A DNA stretch of 64,000 nucleotides from Selaginella moellendorffii (Eukaryota; Plantae; Lycopodiophyta): the NCBI RefSeq assembly GCF_000143415.4, contig NW_003314346.1:124001-188000 (forward strand), written 5' to 3'. The notes below the pieces were generated by a model. That model made no database searches and was not told where the DNA came from. It worked only from the letters and a program-made list of their open reading frames with translations. The stretch's first letter is position 1; each line of letters begins with the position of its first letter. Made by a program: the position numbers and the translations under genes. Positions 50,085 through 61,533 of this stretch are shown one piece after another.

Positions 50085-50898
50085 ATGACAATGGCGCGAG
50101 CGCGTGCGCGGCTGCCATCTCTCCACTTGCGTAAGTCGCGCTTACATCCATCGCTCTAAATTACACTCTTCTTCTCCAGCAGGAGGAGCTGGCGAAGCAT
50201 TCTCTTTTGTTGCCAGGTACTTCTTTGCTTCTCTCTCCTTTCTTCTAAGCTTGTCACTCCAGGCGAATGCAACACTCGGACAAGGGCATGATCGGGACCA
50301 CGGTTCTTTGCATCCGCAAGAATGACTCGGTGGTGATAATCGGGGACGGGCAAGTCACCATGGGCGCCGAGATACTCAAGCCCAACGTACGTAAGGTCCG
50401 AAGGATTGGGGAGAATGTGATCGGAGGCTTTGCAGGTAGCGCTTTGCTTGATTGAGCTTACATAGCCATGACAATGGTCGAGCAGGCGCCACCGCTGATG
50501 CTTTCACTCTGTTTGAAAGGCTGGAGACGAAGCTGGAAGAACACCCTGGTCTGGTCTCACGAAAAAAAGCCCCGTTTGTCCCCTGAAAGCTTGTTTTGAT
50601 CTCAGGCCAGGTACCGCACTTTGTTCGTGGATCGAGAGCTTGAAAAAATTTATCTTGTGAGCAATGGCAGCTAACGCGGGCTGCGGTGGAGCTTGCAAAA
50701 GCATGGAGAACTGACAAGTTCCTTCGAAGGCTCGATGTAAGTGAAAACTCAATCATGTTCTCGTTTGCAAGTCCTTGTGCTAAATTGTTTCATCCAGGCA
50801 TTGATGGTGGTAGCGGATGCCGAGATATCCTTGACGATCACAGGCACTGGAGATGTTCTAGAGCCGTATGATGGAATTGTGGGTACGAGAGCCTCTCT
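50085..50898 (+). pseudogene. 3'-truncated duplicate of the HslV gene
   Basis: The HslV exons stop after EPYDGIV at the duplication junction. Confidence 0.75.
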
Positions 50899-51852
50899 CT
50901 GTCTCGGGCCAAGCGTTTTAGCTTCAAAGGCGCCCCCGTGATGCTGCCACGAGGAAGTAAAACTCAGCTATGATCTCTGGAAATGTTACAAGTCTACTCA
51001 CAAAACACTCCTCCCATTTCTTCTGAATCTTCTCCTGCTCGTCCTTGATGCACTGAGAAAGCACGGAATCTTGTAGCGCGTCAAGTTCTTCCTGAGGGAC
51101 AAAAGAGAAACCATGGTTTCCTTGAGAAGATCTGACAACCAGCTTACCTCGGTTGCAAGAAGCAAGTCCGTGCTCTCTGCCTGATTTGGAAGATAGTCTC
51201 CGTAAAGCCTCCAGAAGTTGCCGTCTTGCTCGAGCGCCAGCAGCAGGAGGCACCCCAGCCTGATATCGTAGTCTGTCTGGAATGAAAAAACTCTCAGTCC
51301 ACAGAGACCGTGTAACTCCCTGGCACTCACCTCGGGATCAGTCGAGTTGATAACATCAAACACTGGGTGACCGATTGGTACAATATCCGGGAAGAACATC
51401 CAAGGGAGATTGCTGCTCACGGTGACAAGTATCTCCATGGGTACTTCGAGTATAACCTGTGGAGGAAGAGAGAAGGATGGATAAGTTCTTTGGTCAGAGT
51501 TTCATGTCCCAGAAAGCAATCCAGACTTACCCACCCTTGGCCTCTCAATGTCGGTCATGTCTTTGGCAGCATACACTCCAACTCCATCCGGCCCTTCCTT
51601 GAAGTGGACACCGTATGCTCGGACGTGGCGGAGGTGCCCGATTGTGTAGTACTCGGGCTGCATCAGCTCCACTCCCTGCCTCGCCTCCTCCACTTGAGGC
51701 TGGGGCGGCGCAGCCACCATTGCTGCTGCTGCCGCTACTCTCCTCCTCCCACATTTTAAGCCTCTCCCACATATGGATTTGGAGCTGGCAAACCTGTCCA
51801 GCGATGGCACCAATGGCGCTGCTGCTGCTGCTGCTACCAGATGATATCCCAT
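50899..51852 (-). pseudogene. 3'-truncated duplicate of pTAC14 (5' exons only)
   Basis: Copy of 49057-50009 ending at the junction, with a 1-nt insertion at ~50939. Confidence 0.75.
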
Positions 51853-51927
51853 CCAAGAGCAAAGAGAACGCGCGCTTCTCAAGACTCCATATTTTTCTAT
51901 CGCTTGCCCTAGTTAGGGCTGTGAGCG

Positions 51928-53074
51928 ATGACAATGGCGCGAGCGCGTGCGCGGCTGCCATCTCTCCACTTGCGTAAGTCGCGCTTACATCCATCGCTCT
52001 AAATTACACTCTTCTTCTCCAGCAGGAGGAGCTGGCGAAGCATTCTCTTTTGTTGCCAGGTACTTCTTTGCTTCTCTCTCCTTTCTTCTAAGCTTGTCAC
52101 TCCAGGCGAATGCAACACTCGGACAAGGGCATGATCGGGACCACGGTTCTTTGCATCCGCAAGAATGACTCGGTGGTGATAATCGGGGACGGGCAAGTCA
52201 CCATGGGCGCCGAGATACTCAAGCCCAACGTACGTAAGGTCCGAAGGATTGGGGAGAATGTGATCGGAGGCTTTGCAGGTAGCGCTTTGCTTGATTGAGC
52301 TTACATAGCCATGACAATGGTCGAGCAGGCGCCACCGCTGATGCTTTCACTCTGTTTGAAAGGCTGGAGACGAAGCTGGAAGAACACCCTGGTCTGTCTC
52401 ACGAAAAAAAGCCCCGTTTGTCCCCTGAAAGCTTGTTTTGATCTCAGGCCAGGTACCGCACTTTGTTCGTGGATCGAGAGCTTGAAAAAATTTATCTTGT
52501 GAGCAATGGCAGCTAACGCGGGCTGCGGTGGAGCTTGCAAAAGCATGGAGAACTGACAAGTTCCTTCGAAGGCTCGATGTAAGTGAAAACTCAATCATGT
52601 TCTCGTTTGCAAGTCCTTGTGCTAAATTGTTTCATCCAGGCATTGATGGTGGTAGCGGATGCCGAGATATCCTTGACGATCACAGGCACTGGAGATGTTC
52701 TAGAGCCGTATGATGGAATTGTGGGTACGAGAGCCTCTCTTTGTTTTCCTCTCTCAGTTTTGATGCTTCAAACCAGGCATTGGCTCTGGAGGCTCGTATG
52801 CCTCCGCTGCTGCTCGGGCTCTCATGGATCTCCCTGACATGGACGCCGAGAAGATCGGTAAGGCAACCATAGTAGCGCCCGCATCGACCGTCTGACAAAG
52901 GATTTTGCTTTGTCCGCAGCTAGAAAGGCCATGAAAATCGCCGCCGACTGTTGCATCTACACGAACCACAACTTCACGCTCGAGACGATCAAGGTGACGC
53001 CCAGGAGCCCCGACGTTGACAATCAAGCCGCTACTATATCGGTGCCGGGAGCCACCACTACCAAGGGATCCTGA
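51928..53074 (+). CDS. hslV: ATP-dependent protease subunit HslV (ClpQ), mitochondrial-type presequence, multi-exon
   Basis: [10 protein letters not shown]...GMIG|TTVLCIRK...[18 protein letters not shown]...[54 protein letters not shown]. Confidence 0.92.
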
Positions 53075-53132
53075 TTGATTGACTGACCATGTAACATCAC
53101 GAGTTGAGTATCAGCAAACTTAGTCGCGGTGA

Positions 53133-54704
53133 ATGTGGAATAAGAAGGTTCATTGCACGACACTGATCTGCGCATATGGCCGGCAAGGGCACTCGGACAC
53201 TGCAAAGCTGATTTTCGATCGAATGTTAGACAAGGATGCGATATCCTGGAACGCACTCTTGTCCGCCTACGCCCAGCAGGCGGATGCCGCAGCTATCGCG
53301 CTCGCCAAGATGCCGCAGCACAACACCGTGTCGTGGACAAGTGTTTTGGGTGCATATGCCCGCAAAGGGCAACATAGAGAGGCACGCGATATTTTTGATG
53401 GCATGCTGCAGCGAGACTTTGCATCGTGGAATGCAATGCTGTATGGGCTTGCAGAGAGCAAGATGGTGTCGCAAGCGGCGGATGTGTTTGCCAAGATCCC
53501 GCAGCGAAGCCCCGCTGCCTGGAATGCTGCAATACTAGCATATGCCACCACCGGTCATATCGAGCTCGCTCGGTTTACCATGGATTCCATGCCTGATCCC
53601 GACAGTGCGTGCATGAGCACAGTGTTCGTGGCATACGCGCAGCATGCACCCTCTGCAGAAGCAAAGATCCTCTTTGATAAGTTGCGGGAGCGGAATCTCG
53701 TGCTGTGGGGCCTCATGTTTCAAGCGCTTGCCCGTGCTGGTGATCTGGACGCGGCTGAGCAGCTCTTCCTGGCCATGCCCGCCACGGATGTTGTCTCGTG
53801 GACGGCTCTTGTCCAAATCTACGCGGAAGCCGGGGAGGTGACCAAAGCGAACACTGTTTTCTTTACCACCATGCCATGCCGCAACGTGGTATCATGGAAC
53901 CTGTTGATTGCTACCAATGCCCAGGGTGGGTATCTGCAACTCGCTTACGCACTCTTGTTCCGGATGCCACAGGAAAGCATTTCGGCGTGGAATTCCATCC
54001 TGGCTTCGGATCATCTTAGCCCACAAGCGGCAAGCCAGGTGTTTGTAGCGATGCCAAAGCGGGATGTCACGTCATGGACAAGCATGCTTGCAGTATATAG
54101 ACGATCACGGGACAAGACAATGGTGAAGCAGCTGTTTGACGAGATGCCAGAGCGCAACATTGTTTCTTGGAACGTTGCTCTGTCAGGGCTTGCCACGGAC
54201 GCTGGCATGGCCAAGCACGTCTTCGACAGAATGCCGGCATGGGACTGTGTTTCTCAAAACTCGCTGCTCGCAGTTTATGCCCAAAACGGGCATCTGGAAT
54301 CAGTGAGCTCCTGGTTCGAGTGCATCACGGAGAAGGACTCAGCCTCATGGGACATAGCCATTTCAGTGTTTGCCAGGAACGGAGAGAGCAACCGGGCGTT
54401 TGGGCTCTTGCATCAAGCGATCTTGGAAGGAAACCCCTGCACACAGATGGACATTGCATTCCTGGGGCTTCTCAACGCATGCAATCACCTCGGCCTTGTG
54501 CATCGGGGGCTCTCGTTGTTCCTGTCGATGCAAAGTGACCATAGCATTGACCCGTCCCACTATCACTACTGCTGCATGCTCGACACCTTGGGGCGTGCCG
54601 GGCAACGGTCTAACGCGGAACAATTGCTACAAACAATGCCATTCGAGCCGAGCGAAGTGGCATGGAAGGCAGTGCTTAGCTCCGAAACCCGAGTTTTGGA
54701 ATAA
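53133..54704 (+). CDS. PLS-class PPR protein (short-repeat rich), truncated E domain, intronless, 523 aa
   Basis: KDAISWNALLSAYAQ-type repeats; HYCCMLDTLGRAG...MPFEPSEVAWKAVLS then stop. No presequence; an in-frame TGA lies directly before the ATG. Confidence 0.8.
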   Translation: MWNKKVHCTTLICAYGRQGHSDTAKLIFDRMLDKDAISWNALLSAYAQQADAAAIALAKMPQHNTVSWTSVLGAYARKGQHREARDIFDGMLQRDFASWNAMLYGLAESKMVSQAADVFAKIPQRSPAAWNAAILAYATTGHIELARFTMDSMPDPDSACMSTVFVAYAQHAPSAEAKILFDKLRERNLVLWGLMFQALARAGDLDAAEQLFLAMPATDVVSWTALVQIYAEAGEVTKANTVFFTTMPCRNVVSWNLLIATNAQGGYLQLAYALLFRMPQESISAWNSILASDHLSPQAASQVFVAMPKRDVTSWTSMLAVYRRSRDKTMVKQLFDEMPERNIVSWNVALSGLATDAGMAKHVFDRMPAWDCVSQNSLLAVYAQNGHLESVSSWFECITEKDSASWDIAISVFARNGESNRAFGLLHQAILEGNPCTQMDIAFLGLLNACNHLGLVHRGLSLFLSMQSDHSIDPSHYHYCCMLDTLGRAGQRSNAEQLLQTMPFEPSEVAWKAVLSSETRVLE

Positions 54705-54783
54705 GTAATGACGATAATTACTCTAGGGTTTTGGGAGGGTTCGGAAACCCGAGCAGCATGGGAAGGGAGGGGGGTGGGCGGCG

Positions 54784-56022
54784 ATGAGCTTGGGACCGGG
54801 GATGGCGCTGGCACAGGGGAGCAGGCGCTGCAATGCATTCCGGCAGCAGCATATAAGCTTGTTCCATTGCTCAGCATCGCTGCAAGAGAAATGGCGGTGC
54901 AAATACAAAAATGTGAGTGATTTTCTTCCCTCATTCCTTCTGATCTCCTCGATGCTGTGGTGCTGCAGAGAACGGGCTACGATTCCGACAATAGCCACAA
55001 GGTGAGGTGAGTTGAGCTTTGCCAAAGAAAAAATGCGTTTTCTTTTCTTCGCTGGTATTGATTTTTTCGTGTGGGCAGAAATTCGTAGCATATGAGAGGC
55101 GTTTAGAGAGGGCTGCACACCGCAAGGATTTATTGAATTGGAGGCTCCACGTTACATTTAGTGAGCTCGAGGTTGATCATTTCCAGTGCCACAAAACTAT
55201 AGCTGCTAGTCCTGGTCCCGGTTCTTTTTGCGGTGCTTGCTGGGCTGATTTCTCTTTCTGCCAATCTGCAGGGATCATACACATCAACGAAGCCCAAGTC
55301 GCAAGACTTTCGGTGGAATCGCAAGAAGGTGACCTCCAAGAAGACAAACGACTGGGAGGCGTACTTGAAGTACGAAGGCGACTGGGAGAGGTTTTGTAGG
55401 AAGTTTACGAATTTATCCGGTAAGCACTTGTTTCCTGTCTTCTGTCTCCGTTGTGGACATCACTCATCGAGAGAGTGGACAGATTTTGAGACGCGTAGGC
55501 CTCGGTCTCAGAAAGAACGGGCTAAGAAGATGTGGCACGAATGGGACTCGTCAGACTCGTCGGACTCGGACGACGACGACGACGATGACGACGATGGCTG
55601 GGATGACGATCCAACGTTTGGAAGGCAATATCACAAGACTAGCAGGCCTCGGGTAGAACAAACGTTCAAGGGGAAACCTGTAGTCACCGTTGGACAAAGG
55701 TCGGACCGCCTGGCTCTTGGGCTTCCTCCGGCAGGCTCCTTGACAATGGAGCAGCTCAAAGCAGCGTAAGTTTGGTCTCGTTAGTGCCTTGTTTCTTACC
55801 CATGTCTGTTTCTTTTGTCGCCGCACAGCTTCCGTGCATCCGCATTGAAATGGCACCCGGACCGCCACCAAGGCTCTACCAAGGTTTGATGAATGCAGTT
55901 GCGTGTTTTGTAAACCTTTGCTTCTTGACCTTTTCTTGTAGGAAACCGCCGAAGAGAAATTCAAAATGTGCGGTAACGCTTATAGAGCTCTGTGTAGCGC
56001 CCTGGCTGAGAAGAGAGCTTAA
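54784..56022 (+). CDS. DnaJ-domain protein (C-terminal J domain), probable mitochondrial presequence, multi-exon
   Basis: SLFHCSASLQEKW presequence-like segment; SDRLALGLPPAGSLTMEQLKAA|FRASALKWHPDRHQGSTK|..AEEKFKMCGNAYRAL (HPD motif). Confidence 0.85.
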
Positions 56023-57949
56023 ATGCCACCATTGATGATTGTAAGAGAGATTAAATATTTAGATGGAAGCAGTTTTTTATAATACAATGCAGAAGATTTC
56101 CCAGGATTAAAAGTTCTTTGTTAATCTTTTATTTAAGCTCCACCAATATGATGGGATGCATGATGATATATATATATATATAAAGAAAAATGGTAAGTTA
56201 CCAAGTTAGGCTCAAATGCTTTACATTTATTTGAAATATTTATGTACTTACTACAAGATTATAGCACCCCTAGCATCCCATGCAAATCAACCATGCGATG
56301 AACTGCTTTATTGCTGAGAGAATAAATAAAAGATAACCAATAACTCTTACTTCTGTTAGCTCTTTGAGCTTCATTTGAGAAAATACTTCCACACATGTCC
56401 ATTGCATTATAGAACAACTTCCACATGAAACTAGCCTGAGGCTGTGGCAACACAAAAGCTGTTTTCTAGCAAGCATTCCAGGCATTCACAAGATCCATTC
56501 ACAAGATCAAGAAATCAACCGTACATAGAAGTAGAAATAACTTCATATGGGCATGGCCACTAAACCATGAAATAAAAAATCAGGAAGAATGTATTTATAC
56601 CAGAGGCTCTAAAGGCTTAAGAAAATGGATTTCCTAAACATTAGCAAACACAAAAGCACAAAAAAGAAAACATTTGGAACTAAGGGGTCCCAAATTTAAA
56701 CACTCTTTTAGGTTTGAACCAAGAAAATATTAATTGTTCGCAGTTCAAAACGTTTTTTTTCTCAGGCCAAAGCAGAACAAAATACAACACCCTGGTTTCT
56801 TGGCCTGAATGGGGATAGCTATCTTAAATGGTTTAATTGCCAAGAAAAAACCATTTAGGAGATTATTTACTTATAAATTTAGTTTGTAAAATTGAAAATG
56901 CCAGAAATAATTAAGTAACAACTCTATAATAAAATTGCCTTTCTTTTAGTTTCAAGAAGTTAACAATGGTCCCACTGTTGTTAGTCTAATTTAAGAAAAG
57001 TTTATAAGACTTATAACTCAAAAATTATATCATATTAATTGATAGTTATTTTAAATCATTGTAGTGACTAGCTTATACTCTAGTAATATGTGTATCACTA
57101 GTACTTTTATGATTTCTATATTTTGAACTTATTAGTCATAATGATAATTTTTTTAGCTCAAATAAAAAGTCATTTCTGTATATGCTAATAGCCAAATCAA
57201 TTTTAGACTTTCTTGAATGACTTAATTGAAATATTTAATTGATTTAATTTAAGGCTGATTTATAAATTGCATTTATATAGGAATTATTTATGGTTTTTTA
57301 TTGTTTGTTGCAATTTATATGAATTTTAAAATGAAGGGATATTATTGTTTTCCCCAATCCATTGCCTCTTAATGTTTTATAATTTATTTCTAATAAATCA
57401 GCTTATTTCTTGGTGGTCAAGACAAATAAATGGACCAAGGCTTATTAAGCAGTAAGCTCTTCATATGGGTTAATGATTTTGAAAGTGGGAGACTCATTTA
57501 TAATGATCAATGGCAGGGCAAATTTAACAGTCAGTAGAAACAAGAGCAACCACTGAATTCCCATTTAAATTCTATTAGAAGCAGCACATTGTAATGAGCC
57601 CAAGATTAAATTATAGTGTGATTTGCAATATGCAATATTTATAATTAATAAAAATCAATCCTTTTTTGTGATATAAAAGCTAATATTTAGAAAGTTTTCT
57701 GCTCATTAGGTTAAAGTTTTCATTTTTTATAAATATAGCATTGAAATAAATGCCCCATATTGGCAAGGTGATGCAATTTATTATTCACTTTTGTGCTTAA
57801 GCTCATTGCCATGACAGTATCAAGAACAAAATCAAGTTTGTGGGATTGTTGAATTGTGTTGTAATTTGGCCTAAGGCTCACTCTGATAGAAAGCTCCAAC
57901 TAGATGCCCAAAACGTTGTTCTTGAAACTCTAATACCTAAAATTCAATT

Positions 57950-58450
57950 CTTAGGAGTTCTTAAGAGAATACAAAATGTTTTAGGTGAGATGAGAGAACT
58001 GCAATATGGAGGAGTTGACCTCATCAAGCCAAGCACCAATCTATTCCTTGCTAGTCTTAAAAAAAGATGGTAGTTGAAGCTTTGCATGGATTATAGGGGC
58101 CTGAACAAGGACTCTTAATTCTGCATATGGACAAGTTATTGGATGAGCTTGGCAAGTAATTAGATTGATTTTCCCTCTAGTTATTACTAGATAGTAGTGA
58201 AAGTAAAAGATTGGTATAAGACAATGTTTTGCACTCACCGGAGATAATTCTGGTTTTCGATAATGTTATCATAGGCTTACTAATACCCCAGCCATATTCC
58301 AAATGGTGGTGAAATTCTTGGCCTACATCTCTTCAGGTTTATTGTTAAGCAAATCTTCTTAGGTTGCTTCAGTGGTGATGGTTAAGAAAAAAATGGTTTA
58401 AAGTGTCTTTATGTGAACTAGAAAGGATTGAATGATAGGATGGTGAATAA
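57950..58450 (+). pseudogene. Highly decayed Ty3/gypsy reverse-transcriptase remnant
   Basis: Broken frames LIKPST...KKDG.LKLCMDYRGLNK, DKLLDEL and GLTNTPAIFQ in AT-rich DNA. Confidence 0.6.
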
Positions 58451-59780
58451 TATATTCATTAATATTAATCCACATGGCTTAAAGTATGACTAAGTTAAAT
58501 TTAGTCAGTTTATTTTATAATATATTTTTTCATGACTAATCAAGTGCAACTGAGTAGTGGCAAAGAGGGCTTGGGAATGGCTGGGTGGCAATTTTCTTTG
58601 CATCAGTGTGGTAATTCTTCCTTCAGTTCTAATAATTGATATTAGAGGTAGATTTATAAGTTGATCAAACACAAGTTCTTTTAGAAGAATATGAAAAATT
58701 ACATTCTTGAGTATGGGAGAATTGTTAGCATGAAGGTGTTAATAGAAAGGCTAATAGGGTTTTTGGTGGTATTGGTTATCCTAGAGGATAAATGTGTAAG
58801 TAACAAAAAAGAACAACTCAAGAAATGATTCATAAATGTTAAAATAGGGAAATGAATAAAAGTGCATCTCTTGATAACGGTATTAGGATATATAGGGTTA
58901 AATGTCTTTAGGTTTGAGCAATATTGATTTGAATGACTTTCTAAAAAATCTAAATTCAAGAGTTGACATTTAGTATTAGAGTGGTCTTAGGTCCAATTGC
59001 ATGTTGAGATTGACATTTAGTGATCCAGTTTGGTAAAGTATATTTAGATTTAAGTAGTACTAAATTAGTATCAGAGCGGTCTTGGGTCCAATTGCATGTT
59101 AAAATTGACATCTTATGATCTAGTTTCATAAAGTATATTTAGGTTTGAGAAGTATTAAGTTGGATAACCTCCCAAGAATTCCAAATTTAGGAGCTTATAA
59201 GATAGATGAGCATATCCATGTATTTTATTATGCATTTACAAAAAACACAAAGGTAAAATAAACAAGCTTAGGTCATTATAGATTGTTTAACCAATTTTAT
59301 AAAGTTGGTTCCTCTGAAAAAGGTAGTAAAGAGTGTGAACTTAGCTACAATATACCTTGAGTGTGACTTTTGTCAATTTGGTTTGCCAATGGAAATTACA
59401 CTCAAAATTCACAAATGAACTTTGGAGAAGCTTTATGAAGGTCATGAAGATTGTGTTACGAATGTGTTTATGGGTATCGAAAGTTACTTATTGATTAGTC
59501 TTTTCAAATATTTTTCCCTTGCTGCCATAACGGCAGAAGGTTGGTATTGCTGAATCCTTTATCAATCTCCACTCAAGCTAGTTGAGAAAGTAATTATGTA
59601 TATACTTATGTCAGATAAACATAAGGTAAGAACACCTATATATTTCTTGCTGAGCATACTCGGTCCGGTATAAAAAACTTATATGTTGGCTTGCACTTAT
59701 TTGTATTGGGAATTCTTGCAATATTAAGCTTGGTCCCTCAATATTTGTTAAATGATAGCTTACTGTGTCCGCCAAGACAC

Positions 59781-61470
59781 TGTGAGACACAAATCCCTAA
59801 GCTAAACTCTTTATGAACTCTTTATCATTTCGGTCATGTTTTTGGGGATCCTTTTAGCTTACGACACCTCGGGGAGTTAATTCCTTACACCTAAGGGGTT
59901 TAAGAAACTCCAAAAGTATAGTAGAGGGGAGGATTCTAGTGGAGCCAGTTTGGCCAGGAAAGGCTAATGTGACCAAAGAAGGCTATACCCACGTGTTGGG
60001 TGATGATATAATCACTGAGGAGTCCAAGATGAGGTAGTTTGGTGAAATGAGCTAGCTCTAACTCCCTTAGGAGATTGAATGGTCGATACTCCCAATCCAA
60101 GTATGGGTGGCATTACCTACTTGGATGTCTAGTGTGGCTCATCGGAACTTTGCTCTAGCCATATGCTAGAGCACCTAAAGGTGGAACGTAGGGAGAGTAC
60201 CCACGAGGCTCACATAAGGCCACAGTGTTTCAAAGTGTTATCCTAATGTCCTGGAAAAGAAGTGGAGAAATCCTTACGTAATGATTAAGGATACAATCAC
60301 AAGGTGAGGAAGTCCCAGAAGTCGGTGGGACTTGGTGATTGAGCCTTTATGCCTTAACCCGATGGCAGTGTTGGCAAACATGCTTTGTGGATGGGGACTT
60401 AGTGGGAACTGAAGAAGGGACATTAAAGAAGATGTTCCCTATATCTTCAAGCATCCTAAGGATGCTACAGTGTAGTTATGGGATGACCACTCATGGATAG
60501 ATGGCCCAATCTTTGAGAGATAGGACTATGATGTAGGTGGTCATGGACCACCGGTGTGACAAAAGTGAATAAACATAACCTTAGCGTAATGAGCTGATAT
60601 GTTGGTGGTACCTTTGGGTGTCAATCAGAGGATTGGACATATGGAGCACTTGGACCAAATGCAAAGGTTGAGTGGATAGATGCCATTCATGGGGCTAGCA
60701 AGTCCACAAATCTGGAATAGAACTTATGAAGGTTATGAGTGAGATTTTTCCAAGCAGTCGGAGGTGTGATTAAATGAGTAAAATAGAATGAAAAATTTAG
60801 TCACTTACAATTTGAGATCAAAGCTGTTCCTTAGTTTGCAGTCAAATATATCACCATTTGATAGTGATATTGGAAGGTCCCAGGAGTGGGGCTATATTTG
60901 AGGACTAGCAGGTTGGGAGGATATAGCTCTCCACTATAGTTTGTGTGTGAACTGGTAGGTAATGTAGTGGATAGAAAGGGGTTAATAAGGGAACAACTTT
61001 GGAATATTGGGAATAGTAGAATGTTTTCCTCATAAAGTTAAGGATGTGATTGTTATAAACGTTTGACTTAGCAAACTAACTAATGTGGTTGTGGTAAATA
61101 GCTATAGTTAAGATCAAGGGAATGATAGAACAATAAAGGAGTTATAAGATTACCCTCATATAATCAAGGATGGTGCTCCAAAATTTAAGATTAGAGTTGG
61201 TGACTGTGGGAAGTTAAATACGGATGAGGACATAAGTCTTTGGAATGGTAACCGATGCTACCTTAAATAAATGTTGGAACAACCCTTTAGAGGATGAGTC
61301 GGTATTCTCATAATATGGACAGATAGTCCTAAGGGGCAAAAATAACCCATATGGAACAAAGAATAATCAAGTGTCAGAGTAACACTTGCCAAGATGGTCC
61401 TTGTAAGTAGGATATGAATATAAGAAGTTGTATTTCAATGAGCTAACACCTCAAAAGTAACCATATGTAG
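59781..61470 (+). mobile_element. Old, decayed LTR (59781-60809) with degenerate PBS and internal leader
   Basis: Starts TGTGAGACAC, ends CTTACA, followed by tttgagatcaaagc. Collinear with the younger copy (61534-~63750) with many C>T/G>A changes. Confidence 0.75.
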
Positions 61471-61533
61471 CGCATCTTATTTCTCTCCCCTTAAGCTAAC
61501 TGGAAAAGGGGTAATTGCTTGATGAGAGAGCCC

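Larger units (their letters stand above)
49057..52740. repeat. 1842-bp near-perfect tandem duplication (49057-50898 / 50899-52740)
   Basis: Identical ORF translations offset by 1842-1843 bp; junction ...gagcctctct|ctgtctcggg...; only two 1-nt indels seen. Confidence 0.95.

Noticed and set aside
50085-53074. HslV as bacterial contamination or recent horizontal transfer
   Set aside because: It has spliceosomal introns and a presequence, and is embedded among plant genes.
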